Assembly (NCBI GenBank): GCA_963827275.1
Contig: CAWHAA010000004.1
Location: 684,610 to 748,609, forward strand
Origin: an uncultured Spirochaetota bacterium
Lineage (GTDB): Bacteria; Spirochaetota; UBA4802; UBA5550
Direction of reading: 5' to 3'
Length of the DNA stretch: 64,000 nucleotides
The notes under the pieces are model-generated. The model was not told the origin of the DNA. It was given only the letters and a program-made list of their open reading frames with translations, and made no database searches. This document shows positions 42,163 through 51,496 of this stretch, one piece after another. How positions within the stretch are numbered: position 1 is the first letter of the stretch; every line of letters starts with the position of its first letter. The position numbers were made by a program, and so were the translations under genes.

Positions 42163-42846
42163 ATGCATATTCCAGATGGATACCTTAGTCCGCAGACCTA
42201 CGTGCCGCTCTATGCGGTCTTCGCCGGGTTCATCGGCGTAGCGCTGAAAAAAGTGCGCCAGACCCTGTCGGCCAAGAATATTCCCTACCTGGGGATGGCC
42301 GCGGCCTTTTCCTTTCTCATCATGATGTTCAACGTCCCGGTCCCGGGGGCGACGACGGGGCATGCCGTGGGCGCGGCGATCGTCGCGCTGGTGCTCGGTC
42401 CCTGGCCGGCGGTCGTGGCGGTGTCCGTGGCCCTCATCATACAGGCATTCCTGTTCGGCGACGGCGGCATCACGGCCATCGGCGCCAACTGCTTCAACAT
42501 GGCGGTGGTGATGCCCTTCGCCGCGGTCCTTGTCTTCAGGCTGGCGCGCGGGAAGTCTTCCGGCGGCTGGAGACTGCACCTGGCCGCGTTCCTGTCCGGC
42601 TACATCAGCCTGGTCATCGCCGCGATCGTCACCGCGATCGAGTTCGGCATCCAGCCGCTCATCGCGTCCGCGGACGGGAAGCCCCTCTACGCGCCGTACG
42701 GGCTGGCAATCGCGCTGCCGGCAATGGCCATCGAGCACATGGTGCTGTTCGGCGTCATCGAGGGAGTGGTGACCATGCTGGTCCTGATGTATTTTATGAA
42801 AAATGACCGCGGCAGCGTATACGCCCTGAAGGAGGCGGCGCGATGA
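42163..42846 (+). CDS. cbiM: Ni/Co ECF substrate component CbiM/NikM
   Basis: N-terminal MHIPDGYLS; TTGH; FGDGGIT. Confidence 0.93.
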   Translation: MHIPDGYLSPQTYVPLYAVFAGFIGVALKKVRQTLSAKNIPYLGMAAAFSFLIMMFNVPVPGATTGHAVGAAIVALVLGPWPAVVAVSVALIIQAFLFGDGGITAIGANCFNMAVVMPFAAVLVFRLARGKSSGGWRLHLAAFLSGYISLVIAAIVTAIEFGIQPLIASADGKPLYAPYGLAIALPAMAIEHMVLFGVIEGVVTMLVLMYFMKNDRGSVYALKEAAR

Positions 42847-43178
42847 CCTCGTTCCAGAAAAAGACACTGGTGATCCTCGCGGTACTGGCGCTCCTTTCTC
42901 CCCTCGGCATCATCCTGCCGGAGCAGTTCAAGGCGGGTGACGCCTGGGGGGAGTGGTCAACGGAAACGCTCCAGGAACTGGTCGGTTTCGTGCCTGAAAA
43001 ACTGAAGGAGACGGCCGGCCTGTGGCAGGCGCCTATCCCGGATTACAACCTGGGGGACGAAACATCGTCGTTCACCGTCCAGGCTCTTTCGTATATCCTG
43101 TCCGGCGCCATCGGCATCGTCCTCTGCATCCTCGTCCTGTTCGGTCTGTCGAAATTGCTGGTCAAAAAAAAGGAGTGA
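42843..43178 (+). CDS. NikN/PDGLE-type ECF auxiliary component
   Basis: Two TMs; AWGEW and APIPDY; overlaps the cbiM stop (ATGA). Confidence 0.85.
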   Translation: MTSFQKKTLVILAVLALLSPLGIILPEQFKAGDAWGEWSTETLQELVGFVPEKLKETAGLWQAPIPDYNLGDETSSFTVQALSYILSGAIGIVLCILVLFGLSKLLVKKKE

Positions 43179-43264
43179 CAGGGCATATCCAACTCTTTAA
43201 ATGAGAGATCTTAATAAAGCAGGGCCTCACCCGGCACATTGGAGGGAGCCCTGCAATTTTTTGC

Positions 43265-44155
43265 GTGGCGGATACAATACCAGGACATGCCGCAGTGACA
43301 TTTATTGACAAAACAATCACGTCTATCGCCGAAATCATCAGGTCGAGTTACCTCTACGGGGAGATGGCGGCAAAAAACGGCCTCTTCCAGAAGCTCGACC
43401 CGCGCCTGAAAGTCGTTTTCATGGTCTATTTGATCGTGATCGTGAGCATGATGCGGAGCGTGTATGTCGAGTGCGCCATCGCGGCCTTTATCTTTGCGCT
43501 GGCCGTCCTGTCGCGGCTGGATCTTTTTCACCTGTACCGGCGCGTCATCGGCTTCGCCTTTTTTTTCGGGTTCCTCATCGCGCTCCCCTCGGCCTTCAAC
43601 GTGATCACCCGCGGGGAGATCATCCTGCCCGTGGCGTCGCTCGCCCGGGACCATCAATTCTGGATCTACCATGTGCCGAAAGAGATCGGCATCACGCGGG
43701 AGGGGGCCTTCGGAGTCGCCATGCTCACCCTGCGCGTGGCCAATTCCCTGGGGATATCCCTCCTCGTCATCTCAACCACGCCCTTCTTCGAGGTGATCAG
43801 GGCGCTCAAGGTATTCCGGGTGCCGGACACGTTCCTGATGATCATCATCCTGACGTATAAATATATCTTTATCTTATCGAAGACCGTGGAGGACATGTAC
43901 CTGGCCATGAAGAGCCGCCTGGCCGGCGCGGCGGACGGCGGCACGGGCAGGAGATTGATCGCCGGCCGCATCTTTTTCATTTTCAAAAAATCGCAGCTGC
44001 GGTATGAAGAGACCTACCGGGCCATGGTGAGCCGCGGGTTTACGGGGGATGTCGAGCTCTACGGCGGCAGGGAGCTGACCGCGCGGGACGTTGCCGCGGG
44101 GATCGTGCTGGGAGCGGCGGGGGCGGTGTTTATTGTGATGCAGGTGGTCCTGTAA
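43265..44155 (+). CDS. cbiQ: ECF transmembrane component CbiQ/NikQ
   Basis: LDPRLK, AMKSR and AMVSRGF. Confidence 0.9.
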   Translation: MADTIPGHAAVTFIDKTITSIAEIIRSSYLYGEMAAKNGLFQKLDPRLKVVFMVYLIVIVSMMRSVYVECAIAAFIFALAVLSRLDLFHLYRRVIGFAFFFGFLIALPSAFNVITRGEIILPVASLARDHQFWIYHVPKEIGITREGAFGVAMLTLRVANSLGISLLVISTTPFFEVIRALKVFRVPDTFLMIIILTYKYIFILSKTVEDMYLAMKSRLAGAADGGTGRRLIAGRIFFIFKKSQLRYEETYRAMVSRGFTGDVELYGGRELTARDVAAGIVLGAAGAVFIVMQVVL

Positions 44156-44180
44156 GCCCCCCTGCGTAACGGACACGGGT

Positions 44181-44561
44181 GCCCCCCCTGACCCGCTTCG
44201 ACAAGCTCAGCACGGCGCCCGTAGGGGGCATGAATCAAGGGGTTGAATGTAGTTGAAGAATAAACAACTTGAGGGATACAGGTTCAGATGTCAGCATCCA
44301 ATATGTCGCTATATTCTTGATTTTTACTCTGATGAAAGGTTTCTGGCAATTGAATTGGAGGGAGACATCCATAAAGAAAGAAAAGACTGTGATGAATACC
44401 GTGACGATTTCATGAAGAGTCTCGGGATCACGACATTGCGATTTGTTAATGATCAAGTTATGAAAGACATTGATTCAGTCGTTGTTAAGATCAAGAAAGA
44501 ATTAACAGAGAAAGTAAAATCCTTCGTGCCCCCTACGGGGGACAGGGGGGCGGTCAGCTGA
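44181..44561 (+). pseudogene. 5'-truncated DUF559 (Vsr-like) endonuclease (ORF 44253-44561) between inverted repeats
   Basis: GYRFRCQHPICRYILDFY..LAIELEGDIH..RD..LGITTLRF; AT-rich; inverted repeats at 44181-44240 and 44521-44551. Confidence 0.8.
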
Positions 44562-44575
44562 GTAAGGGACAATTA

Positions 44576-45466
44576 ATGAAAATAATCGAACTTCAAAACG
44601 TTTCCTACAGCTTTTACGATATCGTGCCCGCGCTTACGGACGTGAGCATGTCGATCGAGGAGGGCGAGATGGTCGCCGTGATCGGGGCCAACGGGAGCGG
44701 CAAATCGACGCTCCTCCAGGTGATGAACGGGCTCATCCACCCGCATGCCGGCACGGTCCGCTTCAGGGGCGATGAGGTCACCGAGAAAAGGCTCCAGGAC
44801 CGCGCCTTCCAGCGCCGGTTCCGCTCGCGCGTGGGCATGGTGTTCCAGAATTCCGACGTGCAGCTCTTCTGCCCCACGGTGTTCGACGAGCTCGTGTTCG
44901 GGCCGATGCAGCTCGGCCTGCCGAAAGACCAGGTGCTCCGGAGGGCCAGCGAGACCATGGAGATGCTGAACATCGAAAACCTCAGGGACAGGCCCACGCA
45001 CATGCTGTCGGGCGGCGAGAAGAAGCGGGTGGCCATCGGGTCGTCGCTGACCATGGACCCGGAGCTGCTCCTGCTGGATGAGCCCGCGAGCGGCCTTGAC
45101 CCGAAGACCGAGTCCTTTCTCACGGACCTCATCATATCCCTTTCGGAATCGGGAAAGACCATCGTTATCGCCACGCATGACCTCGAACTGGTGGACCACC
45201 TGCAGCCGAAGGTGGCGGTCATATCCGAGGAGCACCGGATCGAGAAGACCGGCGCCGTGGAGGATGTCCTCCGTGACACGGAGCTCCTCGTGAAGGTCAA
45301 CCTGGTGCACGAGCACCGGCACCGGCACGGTGACAGAGTGCATTCCCACCTGCATTCGCATTATTTTTTTCACGACCACAAGAAATCACGCGAGCACGGG
45401 CATGAGCACGGCGAGCGGCATTCCCATCCGCATGACGCCGGGGGGAAGGGGCACACGCACAAATAA
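44576..45466 (+). CDS. cbiO: ECF ATPase CbiO/NikO with His-rich tail
   Basis: GANGSGKS, LSGGEKKR and LLLDEP; 18 His in the last 52 aa. Confidence 0.93.
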   Translation: MKIIELQNVSYSFYDIVPALTDVSMSIEEGEMVAVIGANGSGKSTLLQVMNGLIHPHAGTVRFRGDEVTEKRLQDRAFQRRFRSRVGMVFQNSDVQLFCPTVFDELVFGPMQLGLPKDQVLRRASETMEMLNIENLRDRPTHMLSGGEKKRVAIGSSLTMDPELLLLDEPASGLDPKTESFLTDLIISLSESGKTIVIATHDLELVDHLQPKVAVISEEHRIEKTGAVEDVLRDTELLVKVNLVHEHRHRHGDRVHSHLHSHYFFHDHKKSREHGHEHGERHSHPHDAGGKGHTHK

Positions 45467-45474
45467 GGCGGGTG

Positions 45475-46644
45475 TTACTCCACCAGCAGCAGCATTCCTT
45501 TCAGATACTCCGTCTCGGGGCAGAAGATATTCACGGGGTGGTCGCAGGGCTGGCCGTATTTCCCGATGATCGCGGCCTTCCGGCCCGCGTCGGCGAAGGC
45601 CTCGAATATCACCATCTGGAAAAGGTCCATGCCTATGAAGCGCGAGCAGGAGCAGGTGAGCAGCATCGTGCCCGCGGGGCAGCGCCGGGCCGCCTGGAGG
45701 TGGAGGTCCTTGTACCCGCGGCAGGCCCTGTCCACCGAGCCCCTGTTCTTCGCCAGGGCCGGCGGATCGAGGATGACCAGGCCCGCGTCGATCGGCCCCT
45801 CCCTGAGGTACTGGAAGATGTCCGCCCGGATGAACTCGCAGGGGGCCGACACGCTGTTCAGCGCCATGTTCCGCTTCGCCATCTCCAGCGCGTCCGCGGA
45901 CGAGTCGACCGAGACGATCCTGCGCGCGCCGCCTGCCGCGGCCGCGACGCTGAAGCCGCCCGTGTAGCAGAAGAGGTTGAGCACGTCACGGCCGCCGGCG
46001 ATGCGTTTCACCAGTGAGCGGTTGTCCCGCTGGTCGAGGTAGAACCCCGTCTTCTGGCCCGCGCCGATATCGATATGGAACGAAAGGCCGCCCTCGCGCA
46101 GTACCAGGTCCCGGGGCGTCGTGCCGAGGACCTGGCCCTCTGCGGGAGAAAGGCCCTCGAGGCCGCGCCCCTCGTGATCGCTCCGCTCGTAGATGCTCGC
46201 CGGCCGTATCTCTTCCGCGAGTATGCCGGTGATCGCGTCCTTGAGCCGCTCCATGCCCAGGGTGAGGACCTGCATGACCAGGTGGCCGCCGTAATAATCG
46301 ACGATCAGGCCCGGGAGAAAATCGCCCTCGGAGAAGATGAGGCGGTAGGCCTCCGTGTCCCGGAGAAGGGGGCTGGTGGTGCGCTTCGCAACGGCAGCCC
46401 GGATCAGTTCCCGCAGATAGGTATCGGTGACTTCCTGCCCGTCAAAAGCAAGCATCCGCACCGCGATCTGCGTTTTGCCGTTGTAGTAGCCTGAGCCGAG
46501 GAGGCCACCGGCGGCGTCGCGCACGGCGACAATATCCCCGTCAGCAATGCCGGGGTCTTTTTTACCGATAGCCCCGGAGAATATCCAGGGGTGCCGGTTG
46601 CGCACGGCCTTGTCCTTGCGCTGTTTCAGGTAAATGCTGTTCAT
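45475..46644 (-). CDS. rlmI: RlmI-like 23S rRNA m5C methyltransferase
   Basis: PUA domain HPWIFS; QKTGFYLDQR; LNLFCYTGGF; ILDPP; TCSCS. Confidence 0.88.
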   Translation of the reverse strand: MNSIYLKQRKDKAVRNRHPWIFSGAIGKKDPGIADGDIVAVRDAAGGLLGSGYYNGKTQIAVRMLAFDGQEVTDTYLRELIRAAVAKRTTSPLLRDTEAYRLIFSEGDFLPGLIVDYYGGHLVMQVLTLGMERLKDAITGILAEEIRPASIYERSDHEGRGLEGLSPAEGQVLGTTPRDLVLREGGLSFHIDIGAGQKTGFYLDQRDNRSLVKRIAGGRDVLNLFCYTGGFSVAAAAGGARRIVSVDSSADALEMAKRNMALNSVSAPCEFIRADIFQYLREGPIDAGLVILDPPALAKNRGSVDRACRGYKDLHLQAARRCPAGTMLLTCSCSRFIGMDLFQMVIFEAFADAGRKAAIIGKYGQPCDHPVNIFCPETEYLKGMLLLVE

Positions 46645-46688
46645 CGAATTCTGATAATCCGTGATTGGGGTGATGTCAATTAAAATAC

Positions 46689-46825
46689 TACCGATAACTA
46701 TCGGCCGGGGAGGTTGCTCTGACCCCCCGGGAAGTACCGATAACTATCGGTCGGGGAGGTTGCTCTGACCCCCCGGGAAGTACCGATAACTATCGGCCGG
46801 GGAGGTTGCTCTGACCCCGGGGAAT
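46689..46825. repeat. Tandem array of three 46-bp units containing CCGATAACTATCGG and GCTCTGACCCC
   Basis: Units start at 46689, 46735 and 46781 and are near-identical. Confidence 0.95.
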
Positions 46826-46942
46826 AACATTACAAAACAACAAATTTGCATAAATTTAAGCGCGGACGCGTCGCCTTCCAATCAGACGGTTTTCTTGTTA
46901 TAATTTCTTGACGTGGAGTATAGCTTTAATACATTTGTTATC

Positions 46943-47392
46943 ATGAAGTTCATCATTCTTATCTCTCTGGCGATCGCTCTCCAGACCTCTGTCTTCATCC
47001 ATATTTACTGCCTGATAGGCTATATCTCCACGAAAAAGATGGCGTATTTCAGATACTTCATGATCACCGTCATAACGAATTTAGTCCTGAGCATCGCCCT
47101 TGCCGTTATAGTCATGAACGATCCGAGGATGCTCCGCGGCATCAACATGGACGCCGTGTACGTCCTCGAATCGGGCCTGGTCTTTATCTATATGCTGGCG
47201 GTCAAGATCCGCGTCACCATCATCATCATAAAGCGCGTCAGGGACCCGAAAAACTACCACTTCTCCCACTTCGGCAAAAAAATATACAACACCTCGGTCG
47301 TCAACTTCCAGGAAGTCGCGACCTATTTCATAACCTTCCCCTTTACCCTTATCGCGGGTGCGTACTTCTTTGTGCGGGTGATGAAGATGTAG
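46943..47392 (+). CDS. Hypothetical four-TM membrane protein
   Basis: Hydrophobic ORF with host-like codon usage. Confidence 0.7.
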   Translation: MKFIILISLAIALQTSVFIHIYCLIGYISTKKMAYFRYFMITVITNLVLSIALAVIVMNDPRMLRGINMDAVYVLESGLVFIYMLAVKIRVTIIIIKRVRDPKNYHFSHFGKKIYNTSVVNFQEVATYFITFPFTLIAGAYFFVRVMKM

Positions 47393-47416
47393 TGCCGTGC
47401 GGGGATGGCCCCCCGG

Positions 47417-48244
47417 TCAGAGGCTGGTGCGTTCCGAGCGTATCGGCTCCCCGAAAAATATCGCGCCCAGCGTGTCGAAGAGCTCCGTCGAATCCGTTGT
47501 GAGGAACTGCAGCCTGCCGCCCCGCGAGCAGCGTGCCGCCATGTCCGGGTGCCGCGCGAGGTAGTCCACGAGGCTGTCCGCGACGATCCGGTCCTGGGGG
47601 ATGACCGTGACGCCCGGCGGGGTGAATTTCTTTATCGGCCCCATGAGGAGCGGGTAGTGGGTGCACCCCAGTATGACGGCGTCGATGGCGGGGTCCCGCG
47701 CCAGCAGGCGGGTGATGTTCTTCTCCACGAAGTAATCGGTGCCGGGCCCGGCGAGCTCGTTGTTCTCAACCAGCGGGACCCAGAGGGGGCAGGCCTCCTG
47801 GGTGACGGCGATGTCCGGGAAGAGCTTCCGTATCTCGAGGAGATACGACTGCGAGGTGACCGTGCCCGCGGTGCCGAGGATGCCCACGTGCTTCGATTTC
47901 GTCACCGAGCCGACGGTTTCAGCAGTCGGCCTGATGACGCCCAGCACGCGCCGCTCCGGGTCGATGCCGGGAAGGTCGTTCTGCTGGATGGTGCGGAGCG
48001 CCCTCGCGGAGGCGGTATTGCAGGCAAGGATGACCAGCGGGCATCCCAGGCCGAAGAGCCGCTTTACCGCTTCGAGGGTGTAGGCGTACACCGTCTCGAA
48101 GGAGCGGGCGCCGTACGGGTTCCTGGCGTTGTCGCCGAGGTAAACGAAATCGTGGCCCGGCAGCTTCCTGGCGAACTCCTTCAGGACCGTGAGGCCCCCG
48201 TAGCCGGAGTCGAATACACCGATGGGATGCGGCGTGCTGTTCAT
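47417..48244 (-). CDS. murI: Glutamate racemase
   Basis: FDSGYGGLTV, ACNTAS and LGCTHYP. Confidence 0.96.
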   Translation of the reverse strand: MNSTPHPIGVFDSGYGGLTVLKEFARKLPGHDFVYLGDNARNPYGARSFETVYAYTLEAVKRLFGLGCPLVILACNTASARALRTIQQNDLPGIDPERRVLGVIRPTAETVGSVTKSKHVGILGTAGTVTSQSYLLEIRKLFPDIAVTQEACPLWVPLVENNELAGPGTDYFVEKNITRLLARDPAIDAVILGCTHYPLLMGPIKKFTPPGVTVIPQDRIVADSLVDYLARHPDMAARCSRGGRLQFLTTDSTELFDTLGAIFFGEPIRSERTSL

Positions 48245-48402
48245 GGTAGATGTATACACCCGAAGCGCGCGCGATTGTCAAGTATTTATGATCGCCCCCG
48301 CCGACGCATCCCGCCGGGACGTGTTCCCGAAATTAATATTGACAGATACCGCGTGGTTAATTTGATTGTTGCAATTCATGGGGGGAAGGCTGACGGAAAA
48401 CG

Positions 48403-49626
48403 ATGAAAAAGATCGGGATCACCCTGCTCATATCGCTGATGACCGTCGCGTATTGCCGCTGCTCCAGCGCGCGGGAAGCGGAGATCGCCTTCACCGGGGA
48501 CATCATCATGCATATCCCCGTCAAGTCGTGCGCCGTCGCGCACAACCGGACCGCCTCAGAAAAAATGAAATCCCTGAACAACGGCGGCTTCGACTTTCTC
48601 TACTATAAAATACGGGACGACCTGCGGCGCTCGGACATCGCGGTGGGGAACATGGAATTTCCGGTTTCCCCCCCGTTCCGGAGCGTGCCGTGGATCTTCA
48701 ACTGCTCCCCGGATGGCATCAGCGCGATGAAGGAGGCGGGCTTTACCATGCTCACCATCGCCAACAATCATATCCTCGACCAGGGAGGGCAGGGCGTCCT
48801 CGACACGATGCGGTTTTTGACCGGGCACAAGATGGACTTTATCGGCGCCGGCGCCACGGAGGCGGCGGCCCGGGCCGGCATAGTGAAGAAGGTGCGCGGC
48901 GTGCGGGTCGGCTTCCTCGGATACACCTGGGTGCTGAATTACAACCTGCCGAAACTCCGGCAGGATTTTCACCTGAACCGGTTCGATGACCGGGAGGGCC
49001 TCCGGCGCGACATCGCGGCAATGCGGAAGCGGTGCGATTACCTGGTCGTGGTGGCCCATGCCGGCGCCGAGTACCTGTCCTCTCCCCGGCAGGCGGAGCG
49101 GGACCTGTACCGCGACTGCGTCGACAGCGGCGCGGACCTGGTCATCGGGCACCACCCGCACATGGTCCAGCAGGCGGAGCGGGTGAAGGCCGCTGACGGC
49201 AGGGACTGCCATGTCTTTTACTCCCTCGGGAACTTCATCTCCAACCAGAGCACGAAGGCCGAGGTGTACCACGGCGGCGCGCCGCTCACCACCAGGGACT
49301 CGGTGATCGTCCGCTGCCTGCTGAAGCGCGCCGGCAGGGGAAAGCGGCCGGCCGCCAGGTTCGAGGTCGTGCCCGTGTACACGCTCAATTCCATCGAGCA
49401 GGGCACGGGGGCCCGGGTGATCCAGACCGTATCGATACCCGGGGAGATAACCGCCCTGAAATCCAGGATTGCGGGCGCGACGCCACAAGAAAAGGTTGAC
49501 ATAGAACGACAGTTAAAGAACCTGTACACTAAATCAAAAGCGCTACGGCTGGCCCTTTTCGGAAGCGGAAACGGCCGCGCTATGGATGAAATTAAATATC
49601 TGGACGACAGTGGGACCTATGAATGA
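48403..49626 (+). CDS. CapA/PgsA-family metallophosphatase-fold protein
   Basis: FTGDI, GNMEFP, ANNHILD, H.GAEY, GHHPH and YSLGNF. Confidence 0.92.
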   Translation: MKKIGITLLISLMTVAYCRCSSAREAEIAFTGDIIMHIPVKSCAVAHNRTASEKMKSLNNGGFDFLYYKIRDDLRRSDIAVGNMEFPVSPPFRSVPWIFNCSPDGISAMKEAGFTMLTIANNHILDQGGQGVLDTMRFLTGHKMDFIGAGATEAAARAGIVKKVRGVRVGFLGYTWVLNYNLPKLRQDFHLNRFDDREGLRRDIAAMRKRCDYLVVVAHAGAEYLSSPRQAERDLYRDCVDSGADLVIGHHPHMVQQAERVKAADGRDCHVFYSLGNFISNQSTKAEVYHGGAPLTTRDSVIVRCLLKRAGRGKRPAARFEVVPVYTLNSIEQGTGARVIQTVSIPGEITALKSRIAGATPQEKVDIERQLKNLYTKSKALRLALFGSGNGRAMDEIKYLDDSGTYE

Positions 49627-49993
49627 TAAGATTAAGCTATCGAAACGTACTATCAAGGGGTTTGATATCATTGATATCTCCGGCGACATCTCGTCGGACG
49701 GCTCCAAGGAGATAGTCAAGTTCGTGAAGAAGTCCGTTACCGGCAAGGACAAGGACCTCTATGTGAACCTCGAAGGCGTGCACCACATGAACAGCTCCGC
49801 GCTGTCGGTCATCGTCCAGATGGTGCGCGACCTGGCGTCGAAGAAGATCAACACCTTTTTCATGAACGTCAACGAGAAGATCATGACCCTGATCAAGGTG
49901 GCGGGGCTCCATAACTTCTTCAAGTTCGTGAACGACGAGGCCGCCCTTCTCGACAAGATCGAAAAGCTCGACAAGGAAGCGAACAACGCATAG
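49619..49993 (+). CDS. STAS-domain anti-anti-sigma factor
   Basis: ISGDI, VNLEGVHHMNSSAL and IKVAGL. Confidence 0.85.
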   Translation: MNDKIKLSKRTIKGFDIIDISGDISSDGSKEIVKFVKKSVTGKDKDLYVNLEGVHHMNSSALSVIVQMVRDLASKKINTFFMNVNEKIMTLIKVAGLHNFFKFVNDEAALLDKIEKLDKEANNA

Positions 49994-50046
49994 TCGCCGC
50001 ACCGCGCCCCCGGGCAGAACGCCGGGGACGCGCGACGCGCGCTTCC

Positions 50047-51021
50047 TCAGAGCATGAGCCCGCAGAGCCTGCGGGTCATACCGGTGCCGGGCGTATCCCC
50101 GGCCCCCGCCGGCTCCCTTCCCGAAAGCAGGTAATACGGCAGCAGTTCGCGCACCAGCCGCTCCGGCAGGGCGCCGCGTGTGAGCGCCGCCGCCTCGTCC
50201 GCGATGGCGCCGATTGCCTCGCGGAGCGCGTCTTCCCCCAGTATGATCTCCCCTGTTTCGCTGAACAGCCGCATCTCGCGCGAGAGCACCACCGTGAGCC
50301 CGCCGCACGCCGCAAATACCTGTATCCCGTTCCCGGCCCCGTCCGATTCAAGCACTTCTATGATCGCTATCCTGTCGCGGGTGATGCCGGTCTTTTCCGC
50401 GAGCATGTTCTTTTCAAGCTCGGCCAGGCCCGTGTCGAGCCGGGAGATGAAGATCTTCGCCCCGGAGAGCGACCCCCCGCCGCCCGGGGCAGCGTCCGCG
50501 CCGCCCGCCTGTTCGCGCGGGTAGGACCTCGCTTCCATGGCGCCGCCGCCCGAGCCGTAAAAGCCGAAGCGCTTGAGGGTAAGGCTCCCGAAAAAGCCGA
50601 GACGCTCGAGGCCGCCGAGAAGGGTCTCCTTCACAAAGGCGGTGGGTGCGGAGAACGGGGAGTGGGTCACGCCGCTGAATTCGATCACCGAGCGGAAATC
50701 GGCGTGGAACAGGGCCGGCAGCAGGAAGAGGAGGAGCTCCACCGCGGACGAGTGCGGCCCGGTGCCGAAATGCGCCCTGCGCGGCGCGATGGGGCGCGGC
50801 TCGTACTGGATTGTCCCCTCTGCGAGGGAGAGCCGGCCCGCGCCCATATCGGACGCGAAGCGCGACAGGTCGTCATAGACGGGGCGGTATTCGCGGTGCG
50901 CGTCAAGGAATTCGGCTGCGCCGCCGATAGTTATCGGTTGGTTTTTAAGTAACGCCAGGGAGAGGGCCTGGCGGATCAGGACCCAGTCCGGGCCGGGGAT
51001 GGTAATGGGTGTCATCTCCAT
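50047..51021 (-). CDS. Degenerate RNA 3'-terminal phosphate cyclase (RtcA)-like protein
   Basis: LLPALF, FSGVTH..AP, RFGFYGSGGG and GAGNGI match RtcA; GGGQ and the catalytic His region are absent. Confidence 0.7.
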   Translation of the reverse strand: MEMTPITIPGPDWVLIRQALSLALLKNQPITIGGAAEFLDAHREYRPVYDDLSRFASDMGAGRLSLAEGTIQYEPRPIAPRRAHFGTGPHSSAVELLLFLLPALFHADFRSVIEFSGVTHSPFSAPTAFVKETLLGGLERLGFFGSLTLKRFGFYGSGGGAMEARSYPREQAGGADAAPGGGGSLSGAKIFISRLDTGLAELEKNMLAEKTGITRDRIAIIEVLESDGAGNGIQVFAACGGLTVVLSREMRLFSETGEIILGEDALREAIGAIADEAAALTRGALPERLVRELLPYYLLSGREPAGAGDTPGTGMTRRLCGLML

Positions 51022-51163
51022 GATGGGGTAATTCCTCGCGGTTTCATTCTGCCTAGAGATACGGGGTGTTTATAAAAATGCCAGCATTTTTTAACTACCC
51101 GGGGCCCCGCCCGGCGGGTATATTCTGTTTGACGAAATGCTCGTATTCGCTGAACATTATACC

Positions 51164-51430
51164 ATGAAAAAGCCCCGCGGCACCGCCGACTTGCAGAGCG
51201 TCCCCGGCATCGGTCCGGGCATTGAAAAGGACCTGCGCGATATCGGGATACATGTCATCAATGATTTAAAAGGCAAAAATCCCGAATATTTATATGAGAA
51301 GCTGTCCACGCTGAGAAAAACCCATATTGACAGATGCGTCTTATATGTGTTCAGATGCGCGGTATATTACGCAAATAATGACAGACATGATGCGGACCTG
51401 TTGAAATGGTGGAACTGGAAGGACAGATAG
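51164..51430 (+). CDS. HhH / Cdd1-like small protein
   Basis: VPGIG..DL..IGI, DRCVLYVFRCAVY and KWWNWKD. Confidence 0.88.
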   Translation: MKKPRGTADLQSVPGIGPGIEKDLRDIGIHVINDLKGKNPEYLYEKLSTLRKTHIDRCVLYVFRCAVYYANNDRHDADLLKWWNWKDR

Positions 51431-51496
51431 ACGGCCGCGCCCGGCGTGCGGCCGGTTGACGCGGCGGGTGTGTACCATTAACCATGGAGATGCGGT

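Noticed and set aside
46689..46825. CRISPR array
   Set aside because: Whole units are near-identical, so there are no unique spacers
47417..49626. Poly-gamma-glutamate capsule locus (murI plus capA)
   Set aside because: No capB or capC; stand-alone CapA-family proteins are common
50923..50938. CCGATAGTTATCGG inside the RtcA-like gene as a repeat insertion
   Set aside because: It encodes PITI, which aligns with an expected RtcA strand; motif B is absent; may be chance
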